64,000 nt of DNA from an uncultured Gammaproteobacteria bacterium (GCA_963797555.1 CAWCPV010000004.1:352001-416000); one strand, 5' to 3'; shown: positions 50,062 through 64,000, counted from the first letter of the stretch. Made by a program: numbers and translations. Notes: generated by a model from the sequence alone, not told the origin.

Positions 50062-53000
50062 ATGCCTCGACGCACCGATCTACACAGCATTCTGATCATC
50101 GGGGCCGGCCCGATCGTTATTGGCCAGGCGTGCGAGTTCGACTATTCCGGAGTCCAGGCCTGCAAGGCTCTGCGCGAGGAGGGCTACCGTGTGGTGCTGG
50201 TGAACTCCAACCCGGCCACCATCATGACCGACCCGGACATGGCCGACGCGGTCTACATCGAGCCGGTGCACTGGGAGGTGGTGGCACGCATCATCGAGCG
50301 TGAGAGGCCCGACGGGCTTCTGCCCACCATGGGGGGCCAGACGGCGCTCAACTGCGCCCTCGACTTGGCGCGGGAGGGGGTGCTCGAACGTTACGGCGTC
50401 GCGATGATCGGCGCGTCGCGCGAGGCCATCGACAAGGCCGAAGACCGTGAGCGGTTTCGCCAGGCCATGCGCCGCATCGGTCTGGAGGTGCCGCGGGCCG
50501 CCATCGCCCATAGCATGGAGGAGGCCCATCAGGTGCAGCTAAGCATCGGCTTCCCCACGGTCGTCCGGCCGTCTTTCACGCTGGGCGGCAGCGGCGGTGG
50601 CATCGCGTACAACCGGGAAGAGTTCGTCGAGATCTGCGAGCGCGGGCTGGATCTCTCGCCCACCCATGAGCTTCTGATCGAAGAATCGGTGGTGGGCTGG
50701 AAGGAGTTCGAGATGGAGGTGGTGCGGGACCGCAAGGACAACTGCATCATCGTCTGTTCGATCGAGAATGTGGATCCCATGGGAATCCACACCGGTGACT
50801 CGATCACCGTGGCGCCGGCGCAGACCCTGACCGATAAGGAGTACCAGGCGATGCGCGATGGTGCCATCGCGGTATTGCGCGAGATCGGCGTGGACACAGG
50901 GGGCTCGAACGTTCAGTTCGCGGTCAACCCGTGCGACGGGCGCATGGTGGTGATCGAGATGAATCCGCGGGTATCCCGGTCCTCGGCGCTGGCCTCCAAG
51001 GCTACCGGTTTCCCCATCGCCAAAATCGCGGCCAAGCTGGCCGTCGGCTACACTCTGAACGAGCTGCGTAACGAGATCACCGGTGGTGCTATTCCGGCCT
51101 CCTTCGAGCCCACCATCGACTACGTGGTCACCAAGGTTCCGCGGTTTGCCTTCGAGAAGTTTCCGCAGGCCGACCCTCACCTCACCACCCAAATGAAGTC
51201 CGTGGGAGAGGCGATGGCCATCGGGCGGACCTTCCAGGAGTCGCTTCAGAAGGCCTTGCGTAGCCTCGAGACCGGCGCCGACGGGCTGCGCGAGAAAGTG
51301 GACCGATCGGCTGCCGAGCGGGACGATGTCCTGCGCAAGGAGTTGCGTTCTCCGGGGGCGGAGCGCATGTGGTACATCGCGGACGCCTTCCGGGCCGGAT
51401 GGTCTGTGGAGGAGGTGGGCGACCTCACAGGCATCGACGCGTGGTTCCTCAGCCAAGTCCAGGAACTGGTGGAGATCGAAGAGGAGTTGCCGGGGACCGA
51501 TCCCAGTGGACTGGACGCTGCCCGCGTTCTCTGGCTCAAGCGTAAGGGGTTCTCGGACGGTCGCCTGGCGCACCTGCTGGGAATGGCGGAGACGGACTTC
51601 CGTCGACTGCGTCATCGGCTGGGGGTCAGGCCGGTGTACCGGCGCGTCGACTCGTGCGCCGCGGAGTTTGCAGCCAGCACCGCCTACCTGTACTCCACTT
51701 ATGAAGAAGAGTGCGAGGCCGCCCCCAGCGATCGCCGCAAGATCATGGTCCTGGGGGGCGGTCCAAACCGCATCGGTCAGGGGATAGAGTTCGACTATTG
51801 CTGCGTGCACGCGGCGCTGGCGCTGCGCGGGGAGCTATACGAGACCATCATGGTCAACTGCAACCCGGAGACCGTCTCCACCGACTATGACACCTCCGAT
51901 CGGCTCTACTTCGAGCCCCTCACCCTGGAGGATGTGCTGGAGATTGTGAGCAAGGAGCGCCCGATGGGCGTGATCGTTCAGTACGGCGGCCAGACTCCAC
52001 TTAAGTTGGCGCGGGCACTGGAGGAGGCGGGCGCGCCCATCATCGGCACCACCCCCGACGCCATCGACCTCGCCGAGGATCGGCACCGTTTTCAGGGGCT
52101 CATCGAGCAGCTCGGTCTGCGCCAACCCCCGAACTGCACGGCGCGGGAAGTGGACGAGGCGGTAGAGCTGGCGTCGCGCATCGGTTACCCGGTCGTGGTA
52201 CGGCCATCCTACGTGCTGGGCGGCCGCGCTATGGAGATTGTCTACGGCGAGGAGGACCTGCGGCGCTATATGCGCCAAGCGCTGCTCGCCTCTCCGGACG
52301 CACCCGTGCTGCTCGACCATTTCCTCGATGACGCCATCGAGGTGGATGTGGATGCCGTTGCCGACGGCGAGGCGGTGGTCATCGGCGGCATCATGGAGCA
52401 CATCGAGCAGGCGGGCGTGCACTCGGGGGACTCGGCCTGCTCGCTGCCGCCGTTTAGCCTGTCCGGTGCCGTCCGTGAGAGCCTTCGGGAGCAGACCGAG
52501 AAGCTCGCCCGTGCCCTGGGGGTGGTGGGTCTCATCAACGTCCAGTTCGCCATCCAGGGCCAGGACATTTACGTCCTCGAGGTCAATCCGCGGGCCTCAC
52601 GCACCGTGCCCTTCGTCTCCAAGGCTACGGGCCTGCCGCTCGCGAAGATCGCAGCGCGCTGCATGGTGGCGGTCAAGCTGCGGGACCAGGGTGTGGAGCG
52701 GGAGCGCATTCCGAGCTACTTCTCGGCCAAGGAGGCGGTGTTCCCGTTCGTCAAGTTCCCCGGAGTGGACCCGCTCCTCGGTCCCGAGATGAAGTCGACT
52801 GGGGAAGTCATGGGGATCGCGGCGAGCTTCGGCGCGGCGTTCGCGAAGTGCCAGCTAGCGGCGGGTGTGGTTCTGCCCCGCGGCGGCAAGGCGTTCATCA
52901 GCGTGCGTGACGCCGACAAGGCGGGTGCGGCGGATGTCGCGCGCCAATTGATTGCACTCGGATTCGAGATCTTGGCCACCGATGGAACCGCGCGAGCCTT

Positions 53001-53286
53001 CGCGGCAGCGGGAATCCCATGCCAGCGGGTCAACAAGGTCCTGGAGGGCCGCCCGCATGTCGTGGACATGATCAAGAACGGGCAGGTGGACCTGATCGTG
53101 AACACCACCGAGGGCAAGCAGGCCATCGCCGACTCCGCATCCATCCGCCGCACGGCCCTGCAGCGCAAGATCAGCTATACTACGACGCTGGCCGGAGCGA
53201 GGGCCACATGCCTGGCCCTGAGTTGTCTCGACAGCGTGGAAGTGAATCGGCTTCAGGACTTGCACAGGGAGTTCGCACATGGTTAA
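50062..53286 (+). CDS. carB: Carbamoyl-phosphate synthase large subunit
   Basis: '[17 protein letters not shown]'; 1074 aa. Confidence 0.98.
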   Translation: MPRRTDLHSILIIGAGPIVIGQACEFDYSGVQACKALREEGYRVVLVNSNPATIMTDPDMADAVYIEPVHWEVVARIIERERPDGLLPTMGGQTALNCALDLAREGVLERYGVAMIGASREAIDKAEDRERFRQAMRRIGLEVPRAAIAHSMEEAHQVQLSIGFPTVVRPSFTLGGSGGGIAYNREEFVEICERGLDLSPTHELLIEESVVGWKEFEMEVVRDRKDNCIIVCSIENVDPMGIHTGDSITVAPAQTLTDKEYQAMRDGAIAVLREIGVDTGGSNVQFAVNPCDGRMVVIEMNPRVSRSSALASKATGFPIAKIAAKLAVGYTLNELRNEITGGAIPASFEPTIDYVVTKVPRFAFEKFPQADPHLTTQMKSVGEAMAIGRTFQESLQKALRSLETGADGLREKVDRSAAERDDVLRKELRSPGAERMWYIADAFRAGWSVEEVGDLTGIDAWFLSQVQELVEIEEELPGTDPSGLDAARVLWLKRKGFSDGRLAHLLGMAETDFRRLRHRLGVRPVYRRVDSCAAEFAASTAYLYSTYEEECEAAPSDRRKIMVLGGGPNRIGQGIEFDYCCVHAALALRGELYETIMVNCNPETVSTDYDTSDRLYFEPLTLEDVLEIVSKERPMGVIVQYGGQTPLKLARALEEAGAPIIGTTPDAIDLAEDRHRFQGLIEQLGLRQPPNCTAREVDEAVELASRIGYPVVVRPSYVLGGRAMEIVYGEEDLRRYMRQALLASPDAPVLLDHFLDDAIEVDVDAVADGEAVVIGGIMEHIEQAGVHSGDSACSLPPFSLSGAVRESLREQTEKLARALGVVGLINVQFAIQGQDIYVLEVNPRASRTVPFVSKATGLPLAKIAARCMVAVKLRDQGVERERIPSYFSAKEAVFPFVKFPGVDPLLGPEMKSTGEVMGIAASFGAAFAKCQLAAGVVLPRGGKAFISVRDADKAGAADVARQLIALGFEILATDGTARAFAAAGIPCQRVNKVLEGRPHVVDMIKNGQVDLIVNTTEGKQAIADSASIRRTALQRKISYTTTLAGARATCLALSCLDSVEVNRLQDLHREFAHG

Positions 53287-53755
53287 GGTGCCCATGACCG
53301 CGAAAGGTGCCCAGAAGCTGCGCGAGGAGCTTCAGCAGCTCAAGACCGTGGTGCGTCAGAGGGTCATCAGCGCGATCGCGGAAGCGCGCGCCCATGGCGA
53401 TCTGAAAGAGAACGCGGAATACCACGCGGCCCGCGAGCAGCAAGGTTTCGTCGAAGGCCGCATCGCCGACCTTGAAACGAAGCTCGCCCGAGCCCAGGTG
53501 ATCGATGTCACCGCGCTCGATGGCGACGGCCGAATCGTCTTTGGGACGACCGTCGAGCTGATCAACGAGGACACCGGGGAGCAGGTCTGCTACCAAATCG
53601 TCGGGGACGATGAGGCGGACATCAAGGCGGGGCTGATCTCAGTTAACTCGCCGATCGCCCGCGCCCTGATCGGCAAGCGCGAGTCGGACGCGGCGACGGT
53701 AAAGGCCCCGGCGGGCGAGGTGGAGTACACGGTCGTGGCGGTCAAGTACGTCTGA
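53279..53755 (+). CDS. greA: Transcription elongation factor GreA
   Basis: '[16 protein letters not shown]'. Confidence 0.96.
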   Translation: MVKVPMTAKGAQKLREELQQLKTVVRQRVISAIAEARAHGDLKENAEYHAAREQQGFVEGRIADLETKLARAQVIDVTALDGDGRIVFGTTVELINEDTGEQVCYQIVGDDEADIKAGLISVNSPIARALIGKRESDAATVKAPAGEVEYTVVAVKYV

Positions 53756-54145
53756 GCGCTCGCGAAAAAATCGTCGCGAGTGGCCCGAGGCCCACCGGCG
53801 CGCGGAACGAAGCGACGAGACGTATTCCGTACGACAGGCGTGGAGTGAGCAGCGCGCGACGCCGCTATCGGTTCGCGCAGCAGGTCTATTCACGGGCCCC
53901 GAGGGTTGCCGCGGTGCGGTTAATGTGCGGCCGTCCGCTTTTCGCCTCGAACACTGCTGACTTGGTCCCGACGGAGTGAGGGCAGGGCCCCCCGTTGCCT
54001 CATCCAGTCGGGATCCCTAGATCCGAAACGGCGCTGTCGCACAACGGGATTCAGCGCGTCAAACGATCGACTATGTCCGTCCTCAATGGGCAGCGGAGTG
54101 CCCGGAAAGCGGCCACGCGGCGCAAGCTTGGGGTTGGCAGGAGAT

Positions 54146-54769
54146 ATGGGCCGCACCAGGGCTGAGCAGCTTTGGCTGCGCCGGCAGGCATCGGACCCCT
54201 ACGTCAAGAGAGCGCATAGAGAGGGCTACCGGTCGCGCGCAGCCTTCAAGCTCCTTGAGATGGACCAGCGTGACCGGCTGTTGCGTCCTGGCGCGATCAT
54301 CATCGACCTGGGTGCTGCGCCCGGCGGTTGGTCTCAGGTGGCCGCGCAGCGGCTGCGCGGGGCAGGCCGGGTGCTTGCCGTGGATCTCCTGCGGATGGCA
54401 CCCATCGACGGCGTCGAGATCCTGCAAGCCGATCTGCGAGAACCGAGTGCGGTGACGACGCTGATGGCTGCCTTGGGCAACGGCCGCGCCAACCTTGTGA
54501 TGTCCGACATGGCCCCCAATATGACGGGTATCAGCTCGATAGACCAGCCCCGTGCGCTCAGGCTCGCCGAAACGGCGCTGGAGGTGGCGTTGCGCGTACT
54601 CCTCCCCGGGGGAGCAGTGCTCTTGAAGGTGTTCCAGGGAGAAGGCGTGAGCGCACTGAGCAAGGAAATACGGCGCGCGTTCGAGAGGGTCGACGTGCGC
54701 AAACCCGGCTCTTCTCGTGCCGCGAGCCGCGAGATCTATCTGCTGGGCAGGCATTTTGATGTGTGCTAA
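54146..54769 (+). CDS. rlmE: 23S rRNA Um2552 methyltransferase
   Basis: 'YRSRAAFKL', '[11 protein letters not shown]', 'SDMAPN'. Confidence 0.95.
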   Translation: MGRTRAEQLWLRRQASDPYVKRAHREGYRSRAAFKLLEMDQRDRLLRPGAIIIDLGAAPGGWSQVAAQRLRGAGRVLAVDLLRMAPIDGVEILQADLREPSAVTTLMAALGNGRANLVMSDMAPNMTGISSIDQPRALRLAETALEVALRVLLPGGAVLLKVFQGEGVSALSKEIRRAFERVDVRKPGSSRAASREIYLLGRHFDVC

Positions 54770-54831
54770 GGTTTAGGCAACTTGGGCACGCTGCGCGTGC
54801 AGCCATCTGCCGTCATGTAGAGGTGCAGGCT

Positions 54832-56752
<1,921 letters not shown>

Positions 56753-56783
56753 CCACGGTGCCGCCCACGCGCGCGGCGAGCCG

Positions 56784-57665
56784 GTGGCGACGAGTAGCTT
56801 GAGACCGGCGACACCCGGCCGGTCTCTGGATTGCGTCGGCCAAGTCGTCTCTCTGGACCCTCCCCAGGTGATGGGGATCCTCAACGTGAGTCCCGATTCC
56901 TTCTCGGACGGCGGGCTCTATCTGTCGGTCGAGGATGCCGTGCGGGCCGGTTGCAACATGGCGCGGGAGGGGGCGGGTATCATCGATGTCGGTGGCGAGT
57001 CCACACGTCCGGGAGCCCTCCCCGTGACCGCCGAGGAGGAGTTGCGGCGGGTCATTCCGGTCATTGAGCGCCTGCGGGGCCGCTTGTCGGTGCCCATCTC
57101 GGTGGATACCAGCAAGCCGCAAGTGATGCGCGCGGCGGTGCGGGCTGGTGCGGGGATGATCAACGACGTGCGGGCCTTACAGGAGCCGGGCGCCCTCCAC
57201 GCGGCTGCAGAGCTGCGCGTGCCGGTGTGCCTCATGCACATGCAGGGGGAGCCCCGCACCATGCAGAGGGCCCCCTTCTACCGGAATGTCGTGGCCGAGG
57301 TCCGGGATTTCCTGGCCGCGCGCATCGAGGACTGCCTCGGCGCGGGGATTGCGCGCGAGCGCATCGTGGTGGACCCGGGCTTCGGATTCGGGAAGACTGT
57401 GCAGCACAACCTGACGCTGATTAAGCACCTGGACGCCTTTCAGGATCTCGCCGCGCCGGTGCTGGTCGGGTTGTCGCGCAAGTCGGTGGTCGGTGGGATC
57501 CTCGGAGTACCGGTAGGGGAGCGACTGTACGGAAGTCTGGCGCTGGCTGTCCTCGCCGTGCGGCAAGGTGCTTCGCTGGTGCGTGCTCACGATGTGGCGG
57601 CCACGGTGCAGGTGGTGCGTATCTGCACCGCAGTGACGCAAGCAGACGATGTGGAGGAGAGATGA
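56784..57665 (+). CDS. folP: Dihydropteroate synthase
   Basis: '[15 protein letters not shown]', '[10 protein letters not shown]', 'GLSRKS'; start uncertain. Confidence 0.94.
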   Translation: MATSSLRPATPGRSLDCVGQVVSLDPPQVMGILNVSPDSFSDGGLYLSVEDAVRAGCNMAREGAGIIDVGGESTRPGALPVTAEEELRRVIPVIERLRGRLSVPISVDTSKPQVMRAAVRAGAGMINDVRALQEPGALHAAAELRVPVCLMHMQGEPRTMQRAPFYRNVVAEVRDFLAARIEDCLGAGIARERIVVDPGFGFGKTVQHNLTLIKHLDAFQDLAAPVLVGLSRKSVVGGILGVPVGERLYGSLALAVLAVRQGASLVRAHDVAATVQVVRICTAVTQADDVEER

Positions 57666-59017
57666 CAAGGCGATATTTCGGGACCGATGGTATTCGCGGG
57701 CGGGTCGGCGAGGCGCCCGTGACTGCAGAGTTCGTCTTGAAGCTGGGGTGGGCAGCGGGGCGAGTGCTTGGGAAGGGCCAGCGGGGCAGCGTTCTCATCG
57801 GCAAGGATACCCGTATTTCGGGCTACATGTTCGAGTCGGCTCTGGAGGCGGGGCTGTCTGCCGCTGGGGTGGATATCAGGCTGCTGGGTCCCATGCCGAC
57901 CCCGGCCATCGCCTACCTGACGCGCACCCTGCGGGCCCACGCGGGCATCGTCATCAGCGCCTCTCACAATGCTTATTACGACAACGGCATCAAGTTCTTC
58001 TCTGCAGGTGGCAGCAAGCTGCCGGACGACGTGGAAATGGCCATCGAACGTCAGATGGAGACCCCCGTGCGCACCGTGGACTCCGCCTTGCTCGGCAAGG
58101 CGGAGCGCGTCGTGGACGCGGCTGGCCGCTATATCGAGTTCTGCAAGAGCACCGTGCATCTCGGCCTCAGCCTGTCCGGCATGAAGCTGGTGGTGGATTG
58201 TGCGCACGGTGCTACCTATCAGGTCGCACCCAGCGTCTTCCAGGAGATGGGTGCCAAGGTGGTGCGGCTGGGGGTGGAACCGGATGGTTTGAACATCAAT
58301 GCCGGTTGCGGGTCGACTCAGCCGGAGGCGCTCCGGGCAGCGGTGCTGCAGCACCATGCCGATGTGGGCATCGCTTTCGACGGTGACGGGGACCGTGTGA
58401 TTCTGGTAGATGGACGTGGGGATCTCGTAGACGGCGACGACCTCCTGTTCATCATCGCGCGTTCGCGGCAGAGGACGCAGGCCCTGCGGGGTGGGGTGGT
58501 GGGCACGATCATGACCAACCTCGGTCTCGAGCGCGCCTTGGAGCGCTTCAGCATCCCGCTGGTCCGTGCCCCAGTGGGGGATCGCTACGTATTGGAAGCG
58601 ATGAAGCGGGAGGGCTATATGCTCGGCGGCGAGTCTTCGGGGCATGTCATCTGTCTGGATCGCACCACGACGGGCGACGGGATCGTGTCGGCGCTTCAAG
58701 CGCTGGCTGAGATGGTGGATACCGGCCAGAGCCTGGAGGAGTTGAAGGCAGGTGTGCTCAAGTACCCGCAGTGCCAGCGCAATGTACCCGTCAGTCGCGC
58801 GATCGACCTCGCCGCCGGCGCTGTCCGACAGGCCCTCATGGAGGTGGAGGGGCGCCTGGGATCGGCGGGGCGTGTAGTGCTGCGTCCTTCCGGGACTGAG
58901 CCCGTCGTTAGGATAATGGTGGAGGGGGAGCAGCCGGCCATGGTAGAGAGCCTGGCGGGCTATCTGGCGAGCGTCATCGCCGAGGCCCAGCAAAATGGAC
59001 CTCCCGCGCCCGGTTAA
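57662..59017 (+). CDS. glmM: Phosphoglucosamine mutase
   Basis: 'FGTDGIRG', 'ISASHN', 'DGDGDR'. Confidence 0.96.
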   Translation: MTRRYFGTDGIRGRVGEAPVTAEFVLKLGWAAGRVLGKGQRGSVLIGKDTRISGYMFESALEAGLSAAGVDIRLLGPMPTPAIAYLTRTLRAHAGIVISASHNAYYDNGIKFFSAGGSKLPDDVEMAIERQMETPVRTVDSALLGKAERVVDAAGRYIEFCKSTVHLGLSLSGMKLVVDCAHGATYQVAPSVFQEMGAKVVRLGVEPDGLNINAGCGSTQPEALRAAVLQHHADVGIAFDGDGDRVILVDGRGDLVDGDDLLFIIARSRQRTQALRGGVVGTIMTNLGLERALERFSIPLVRAPVGDRYVLEAMKREGYMLGGESSGHVICLDRTTTGDGIVSALQALAEMVDTGQSLEELKAGVLKYPQCQRNVPVSRAIDLAAGAVRQALMEVEGRLGSAGRVVLRPSGTEPVVRIMVEGEQPAMVESLAGYLASVIAEAQQNGPPAPG

Positions 59018-59056
59018 TGTAACATTACCCTTTCCTTTGAATGTGCTACGGGAGGG

Positions 59057-59812
59057 ATGATGCGCCAGTCCCTGGTGGCGGGTAATTGGAAGATGAATGG
59101 CTCTCGGCAAGGCAGCCGGCAACTGTTGGAGGCCGTGAAGTCGAGTATCGGTGATTTGAGCGCCGTGCGCGTGGCCGTGTGCCCCCCCTTCGTCTTCCTG
59201 CCCCTGGCGGAATCCGTGCTAGCGGGCTCTGCCGTGGCTTGGGGTGCGCAGAACGTTTCCCATCGGGGGGAGGGCGCCTTTACCGGGGAGATCTCCGCTC
59301 GCATGCTCCTCGACTACGGCTGCACCTATGCGATCGTGGGCCACTCGGAGCGGCGCACCCTGTACGGCGAGGACGACCGGTTAGTGGCCGAGAAGTTCGC
59401 GGCTGCCCGCGGCGCAGGGCTCACCCCGATTCTGTGTGTGGGTGAGCACCTGTCCGAGAGAGAGGCCGGTGAGACGGAGAGGGTGGTCGCACGGCAGATG
59501 GATGCCGTGCTCGACTTGGAGGGCGTGCAGGCCCTGCACGGCGCAGTCGTCGCTTACGAGCCGGTGTGGGCCATCGGGACGGGCCGGACCGCCACCCCAG
59601 AACAGGCCCAAGAGGTGCACGCCTTCATCCGCGGGCGCGTTGGACGGCTGAGCGGTGATGTGGCCGAGGCGCTGCCCATCCTCTACGGGGGCAGCGTGAA
59701 GGGATCCAACGCTGCATCCCTGTTCGCGATGCCCGACATCGATGGAGGCCTCATCGGTGGTGCGTCGCTGGACGCGCAAGAGTTCCTAACCATCTGCCGG
59801 GCGGCGGGCTGA
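59057..59812 (+). CDS. tpiA: Triosephosphate isomerase
   Basis: 'AGNWKMN', 'GHSERR', 'AYEPVWAIGTG'. Confidence 0.97.
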   Translation: MMRQSLVAGNWKMNGSRQGSRQLLEAVKSSIGDLSAVRVAVCPPFVFLPLAESVLAGSAVAWGAQNVSHRGEGAFTGEISARMLLDYGCTYAIVGHSERRTLYGEDDRLVAEKFAAARGAGLTPILCVGEHLSEREAGETERVVARQMDAVLDLEGVQALHGAVVAYEPVWAIGTGRTATPEQAQEVHAFIRGRVGRLSGDVAEALPILYGGSVKGSNAASLFAMPDIDGGLIGGASLDAQEFLTICRAAG

Positions 59813-59826
59813 GGCGGGACCGAGCG

Positions 59827-60174
59827 ATGCTGCAAACGCTGATCGTCATCATTCACGTGTTCGTCTCCGTGGCCCTCGTCACGCTCGTGCTGTTGCAGCA
59901 CGGCAAAGGCGCGGACGCGGGGGCGGCCTTCGGCAGCGGAGCCTCCCAGACCGTGTTCGGGGCGCGCGGTTCGGCCTCGTTCCTCACTAGGGCTACGGCC
60001 GCTCTGGCTACGGTATTCTTCCTCACCAGTCTCTCGTTAGCTTACCTGTACGGGAAGCGAGTGGAGCATAAGAGCGTTATCGAGAAGATCGAGGTCCCGA
60101 CCGTGCCGCTACCGAGCGAGCTTCCGAAGGCTCCGCAGCCGGGCCGGTCGGACGTGCCCACGCTTCCCAAGTGA
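59827..60174 (+). CDS. secG: Preprotein translocase subunit SecG
   Basis: 'LLQHGKGADAGAAFGSGAS.TVFG'. Confidence 0.95.
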   Translation: MLQTLIVIIHVFVSVALVTLVLLQHGKGADAGAAFGSGASQTVFGARGSASFLTRATAALATVFFLTSLSLAYLYGKRVEHKSVIEKIEVPTVPLPSELPKAPQPGRSDVPTLPK

Positions 60175-60190
60175 GGTGCAGACGTGCCGA

Positions 60191-60275
60191 GCCGATGTGG
60201 TGGAATTGGTAGACACGCCGTCTTGAGGGGGCGGTGGCGAAAGCCGTGCCGGTTCGAGTCCGGCCATCGGCACCA
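60191..60275 (+). tRNA. tRNA-Leu(GAG)
   Basis: Acceptor stem GCCGATG/CATCGGC, anticodon loop TT-GAG-GG, long variable arm, GTTCGA T-loop, CCA end. Confidence 0.95.
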
Positions 60276-60308
60276 TATTGAGGCTCCAAGACATCCCACA
60301 ATTTCCCT

Positions 60309-60333
60309 AAGCCCGCGTAACAGCGGGCTTTTT
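60309..60333 (+). terminator. Intrinsic terminator after the tRNA
   Basis: AAGCCCGC-GTAACA-GCGGGCTT-TTT. Confidence 0.75.
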
Positions 60334-60435
60334 CATATATGGTGCTCCCAGAACATCCCATAAGGTTCCAAGAAATCCCCCCGGCTCTGACGGTACTTTT
60401 GGGGGTACCTGTTTCCAAAGTGATGGTATCTGGCC

Positions 60436-61644
60436 ATGCCGCTGTCTGATGCCGCAACCCGCAACGCTCACCCCACGGCCAAGCCCTACAAGCTCGCTGA
60501 TGGCGGAGGTCTCTATCTGTTGGTGAGGCCCGATGGCCGACGCTACTGGCGCCTGAACTACCGCTTCGTCGGCAGACAGAAGACCCTTGCCCTGGGGGTA
60601 TATCCCGAGGTGACGCTGGCCGAGGCCCGCGAGGCTCGCGACGAGGCCCGGCGGCTCTTGAAGCGGGGTACCGATCCCAGCGCGGAGCGTAAGGAGCGCA
60701 AGCACGGGGCTCTGATGGCCGCTACCAACACCTTCGATGCCACGGCCCGGGAGTGGGCGGACAAGCAAGCGACGCGTTGGACTGCCGGGCACGCCGCCCG
60801 AGTGCTGCAATCGCTCGAGGCCGACGTCTTTTCGGAGCTGGGGCAGCGGCCTATCAACGCAATCACGGCCGCGGAGCTGCTGCGCACCCTGCGCAAGGTC
60901 GAGCACCGCGGGGCACTGGTGACTGCGGCCAAGGTGCTGCAGCGCTCGAGCGCAGTGTTCCGCTATGGCATCGTCACCGGGCGCTGTGACGGCAATCCGG
61001 CCGACGCCCTGAGAGGCGCGCTGAAGACCCCGAAGCGCGAGAACTATGCCGCACTCACGGCCGCCGAGCTGCCCGAATTCCTGAGCCGGCTGGAAGCCTA
61101 TGACGGTCACTTGCAGACCAGGCTTGCGCTGAAGCTGCTGATGCTCAGCTTCGTGCGCACGGGCGAGCTGCGCGGCGCCGAGTGGTCTGAATTCGACTTC
61201 GATGCCGGGCTGTGGCGCATCCCGGCAAGCCGCATGAAGATGAAGGCCCCGCACCTGGTGCCCCTGGCGCACCAGACAATCGACGTCCTACACCAGCTCC
61301 AACCGCTTACCGGACGCAACCGTTACCTGTTCCCGAATCAGTCCCATCCCGAGCGGCCCATGAGCGAGAACACCCTGCTCTTCGCGTTGTACCGCATGGG
61401 CTACCACGGCCGGGCGACGGGACACGGCTTCCGGGCGACGGCTTCCACGATCCTGAACGAGATGGGCTTCGACGATGACGCCATCGAGCGCCAGCTTGCC
61501 CACTGCGAGCGCAATAAGGTCAGAGCGGCCTACAACAAAGCCGAGTACCTCCCCGAGCGCATCGGGATGATGCAGGGCTGGGCCAACTACCTGGACGGCC
61601 TGGCAAGCGGCGCCAACGTGGTGCCCATCCGCGGGAAGGCTTGA
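60436..61644 (+). CDS. P4-like tyrosine integrase
   Basis: 'KLADGGGLYLLV', 'RTGELR', 'HGFRATAST', 'QLAH', 'AAY'; directly after a tRNA. Confidence 0.93.
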   Translation: MPLSDAATRNAHPTAKPYKLADGGGLYLLVRPDGRRYWRLNYRFVGRQKTLALGVYPEVTLAEAREARDEARRLLKRGTDPSAERKERKHGALMAATNTFDATAREWADKQATRWTAGHAARVLQSLEADVFSELGQRPINAITAAELLRTLRKVEHRGALVTAAKVLQRSSAVFRYGIVTGRCDGNPADALRGALKTPKRENYAALTAAELPEFLSRLEAYDGHLQTRLALKLLMLSFVRTGELRGAEWSEFDFDAGLWRIPASRMKMKAPHLVPLAHQTIDVLHQLQPLTGRNRYLFPNQSHPERPMSENTLLFALYRMGYHGRATGHGFRATASTILNEMGFDDDAIERQLAHCERNKVRAAYNKAEYLPERIGMMQGWANYLDGLASGANVVPIRGKA

Positions 61645-61762
61645 CGAGGGCGAGCGAACAGCTTTCGGCTTTGCCAAGCCTAGGGAGCGCACCCGAAAAG
61701 CGGGATACCTTCACCCGCCTGGCTTGGCCCCTCTTTTGAAGGGACGCTGGAAGGAGCGTGTT

Positions 61763-62176
61763 ATGCCTGATGACCCCATTGGTCACCCCGATGTATCCGA
61801 TGACTGGAGTGACCAGGTAGAGCAGCTAATGCGGCAGGGTGAGGGTATCCCCGATCTGATCCAACTTCTACGCACAACAACCCAGGCGTTGTCTGATTCC
61901 CTAAGAGTTACGATTGCTGACTTTTTTGAAGGCAAGATCCCGCCAAAGACTGGCAGACCACGCAATCTCAAGAGAGCAGTTAGAACCTATGTAATCGTAG
62001 GTTGTTTCCGGGACATGCCGAATAAGTTCGGGGCGGTACCCGCGACAGACCGGAAACGCTATGGCAAATATCGAGGTGTCCACAACGTCACAGCCGCCTA
62101 TCTCGATATGCCCGTTCCCACTGTGCGAGCGCATTGCGCCGCGGTCAGGAAAGCGCTGCTCAATGGGAGAATGACC
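61763..62176 (+). pseudogene. Lower-GC hypothetical gene interrupted by the IS66 end
   Basis: AAGGAG RBS; lower GC; the frame runs into GTAACCGTTCAG at 62177. Confidence 0.4.
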
Positions 62177-62268
62177 GTAACCGTTCAGACCCTCCCACCA
62201 GTTGATCGATGCGTTAAGAGCGCGTCCAGCGCAGCAGAGCCGCTCGGCTTGTCGTACACTCCCGGCTC

Positions 62269-63179
62269 ATGGATCAAGAGCCCTCTATTCCGCAGGCGAT
62301 CACGGCGAGCGGCCGGAGCTTTACCGAAGAGGAGATCTCCGCCATCGTCCGAATGGTGTCGATGTGCGTGGGCCTGAGTCGTTTTGAGCTGGCGCAGACC
62401 ATCTGTGAGCTGCTGGGGTGGAGACGGGACAACGGAGCCCTGAAGTCCCGCGAGTGTCGGGATCTACTGGAGCGGTTGGAAGCTCGGGGGGATCTGGGGC
62501 TTCCCGCCAAGCGCACGGGCAGGCCCAAGGGGCGGCGCACCTGCACTGCGCAGACCGATCGGGGCGAACGCCGCGGCGAGATTGCCGGTGCGCTGCAGGA
62601 GGTGGCCCCGGTGGAGCTTCAGTTAGTGCGCCAGGCCGAGGGACGGGCATTTGTGGCGCGAGCTTCTCGCGCGCTATCACTACTTGGGCTATGCCACACC
62701 CTTTGGGGCCCAGTTGGTCTATCTCATCTGCTCCCAGCGCCGGGAGGGGGAGGTGTTGGGCGGGCTCACCTACACCAGCCCGGCCTGGCGCATGCAGGCC
62801 CGCGATGCGTGGATTCGGCTGGGACGAGAGAGCGCGCAAAGCGCACCTCGCACGCATCGTCAATCAGGGGCGCTTCCTGATTCTGCCCTGGGTGAAAGTG
62901 CCTCATCTGGCGAGCCACGTGCTGGCCTTGGGCAGCCGGCGCATCGTAGGGGATTGGGAGCGCCACTATGGGCTGCGTCCCTGGCTGCTGGAGACCCTGG
63001 TGGACCCGGCCCGCTTTGCCGGGACCTGCTACCGGGCGGCCAACTGGTGCGAGGTGGGCGAGACCAGCGGACGCGGGCGCATGGACCGTGCGCACCAACG
63101 CCATGGCAGAGCGATAAAGCGGGTCTTCCTCTACGCTCTGCACCCGCAGGCCAGAGAGCGCCTGCGCGGTGAGCGCTGA
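62269..63179 (+). CDS. DUF4338 (DruA-like) protein, two apparent frameshifts
   Basis: 'RYHYLGY', 'RFLILPWVKVPHLASHVL', 'LLETLVDP.RFAGTCYRAANW..VG.T.GRGR'. Confidence 0.8.
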
Positions 63180-63181
63180 AC

Positions 63182-64000
63182 TCAAGCGGGCGCAGGAAGC
63201 GGCGGTGCCTCAAAGCCGCGGCGTCGGTGGGCGAGGACATCTCTGAGATAGCACAGCGGGGAGCTCAATCGCAGCCGAGAAGTCTCGATCACACTGGCGA
63301 GCAGCGCCAGCGCCCGGCTGCCTTGTTCGCTGCGGGTCCCCTGGCTGATGCGACGCAGAATCACCCAGTGACGCAGCGCCCGCTCCGCCACGTTGTTGGT
63401 CAGCGGCAGCTGAGGCTCATCCAACACCCGGAAGATCGCCTCCCAGTCGTTGAGCAGCTCCTTGCCCAGCGCCTGGGCCTTGTCATAAGGGCAGCAGCTC
63501 ATGCGTTCACACAGGGCCGTGAGCTCGTTGAGCTCGCCCGGGTGGGCTTGCCGCAGGGAGCCGCCCGGTCCCTCGCGGGCGTGATAGACGGCCTGCATCA
63601 GCGCATCGAGCAGGTCATAGACCGCCTGGCCGTAGCCCTGGAGGGTGGGCGAGAGGCAATCCCTCAGGCCCCGGGCCTTGCGAATGAGATGCGCCCAGCA
63701 ACGCAGGCGCTTGGCATAGTCCCGATAGACCTGGTACCCATCGCTCATCAGATAGCCGCAGAAGAGATCCTCGATGAGGTTCTGAAACATCTCTTTGGCG
63801 CGAGAGCCGACCAAGAACAGCGCCGTCGAGGCCGAGATGAACACCCATAACCACAAGGGCTCTCCCCATTGCTTGTGCGGTGTCTCATCGGCATGCATGA
63901 GGGCCGCTTCCAGCAACTGGGTCACCAGCTCATCCTCGACCGGCTCGCAGGCACGGGCGGTCTCCATCACGCATTGGTGGAGGGTGCCGATGCCGAGCGC
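63182..64000 (-). CDS. IS66 transposase (3' part)
   Basis: 'HADET', 'LMSDGYQVY', 'RCWAHLIRK', 'TNNVAERALR', 'SQGTRS.QG'. Confidence 0.9.
   Translation of the reverse strand, partial: ALGIGTLHQCVMETARACEPVEDELVTQLLEAALMHADETPHKQWGEPLWLWVFISASTALFLVGSRAKEMFQNLIEDLFCGYLMSDGYQVYRDYAKRLRCWAHLIRKARGLRDCLSPTLQGYGQAVYDLLDALMQAVYHAREGPGGSLRQAHPGELNELTALCERMSCCPYDKAQALGKELLNDWEAIFRVLDEPQLPLTNNVAERALRHWVILRRISQGTRSEQGSRALALLASVIETSRLRLSSPLCYLRDVLAHRRRGFEAPPLPAPA

Larger units (their letters stand above)
62177..64000. mobile_element. IS66-family element with a DUF4338 passenger gene (extends past the window)
   Basis: IS66-type terminus GTAACCGTTCAG; convergent DUF4338 and transposase genes. Confidence 0.65.

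Noticed and set aside
53756-54145. yhbY or an sRNA between greA and rlmE
   Set aside because: No YhbY-like frame or recognisable RNA motif found
62269-63179. Complete Druantia system
   Set aside because: Only DUF4338 is present, inside an IS66; no DruE-type helicase in the window

Overview
High-GC gammaproteobacterial chromosome segment (hrcA-containing, Chromatiales-like). Scattered 1-bp frameshifts also hit housekeeping genes (nadK, dnaJ, ftsH), so they are probably assembly errors. 1-19 kb: accessory genes (oxyR-catalase-bacterioferritin, yceI, IS630, sufT, a FecR/OmpA/CHASE2-PP2C/MBL/STAS module, cytochrome c, FAD oxidase). 19.2-33.9 kb: an immune-like island built around a complete diversity-generating retroelement (RT, Avd, template repeat). 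One 127-bp TR matches the variable repeats of two convergent TIR-STAND ATPase-CLec/FGE genes, and 41 of 42 mismatches fall at TR adenines. avd is inverted between TR and RT. Target 2 ends a minus-strand gene run encoding an unknown protein, a SEFIR/TIR-ATPase, a TPR protein with near-identical 144-bp repeats, a TIR protein and a SLOG protein. 37-60 kb: conserved core (ratA-rnfH-bamE-fur-recN-nadK-hrcA-grpE-dnaK-[IS630]-dnaJ-dapB-carAB-greA-rlmE-ftsH-folP-glmM-tpiA-secG-tRNA-Leu). Last 4 kb: a P4-type integrase island with an IS66/DUF4338 element. All domain names come from motif recognition by eye, not from database searches.
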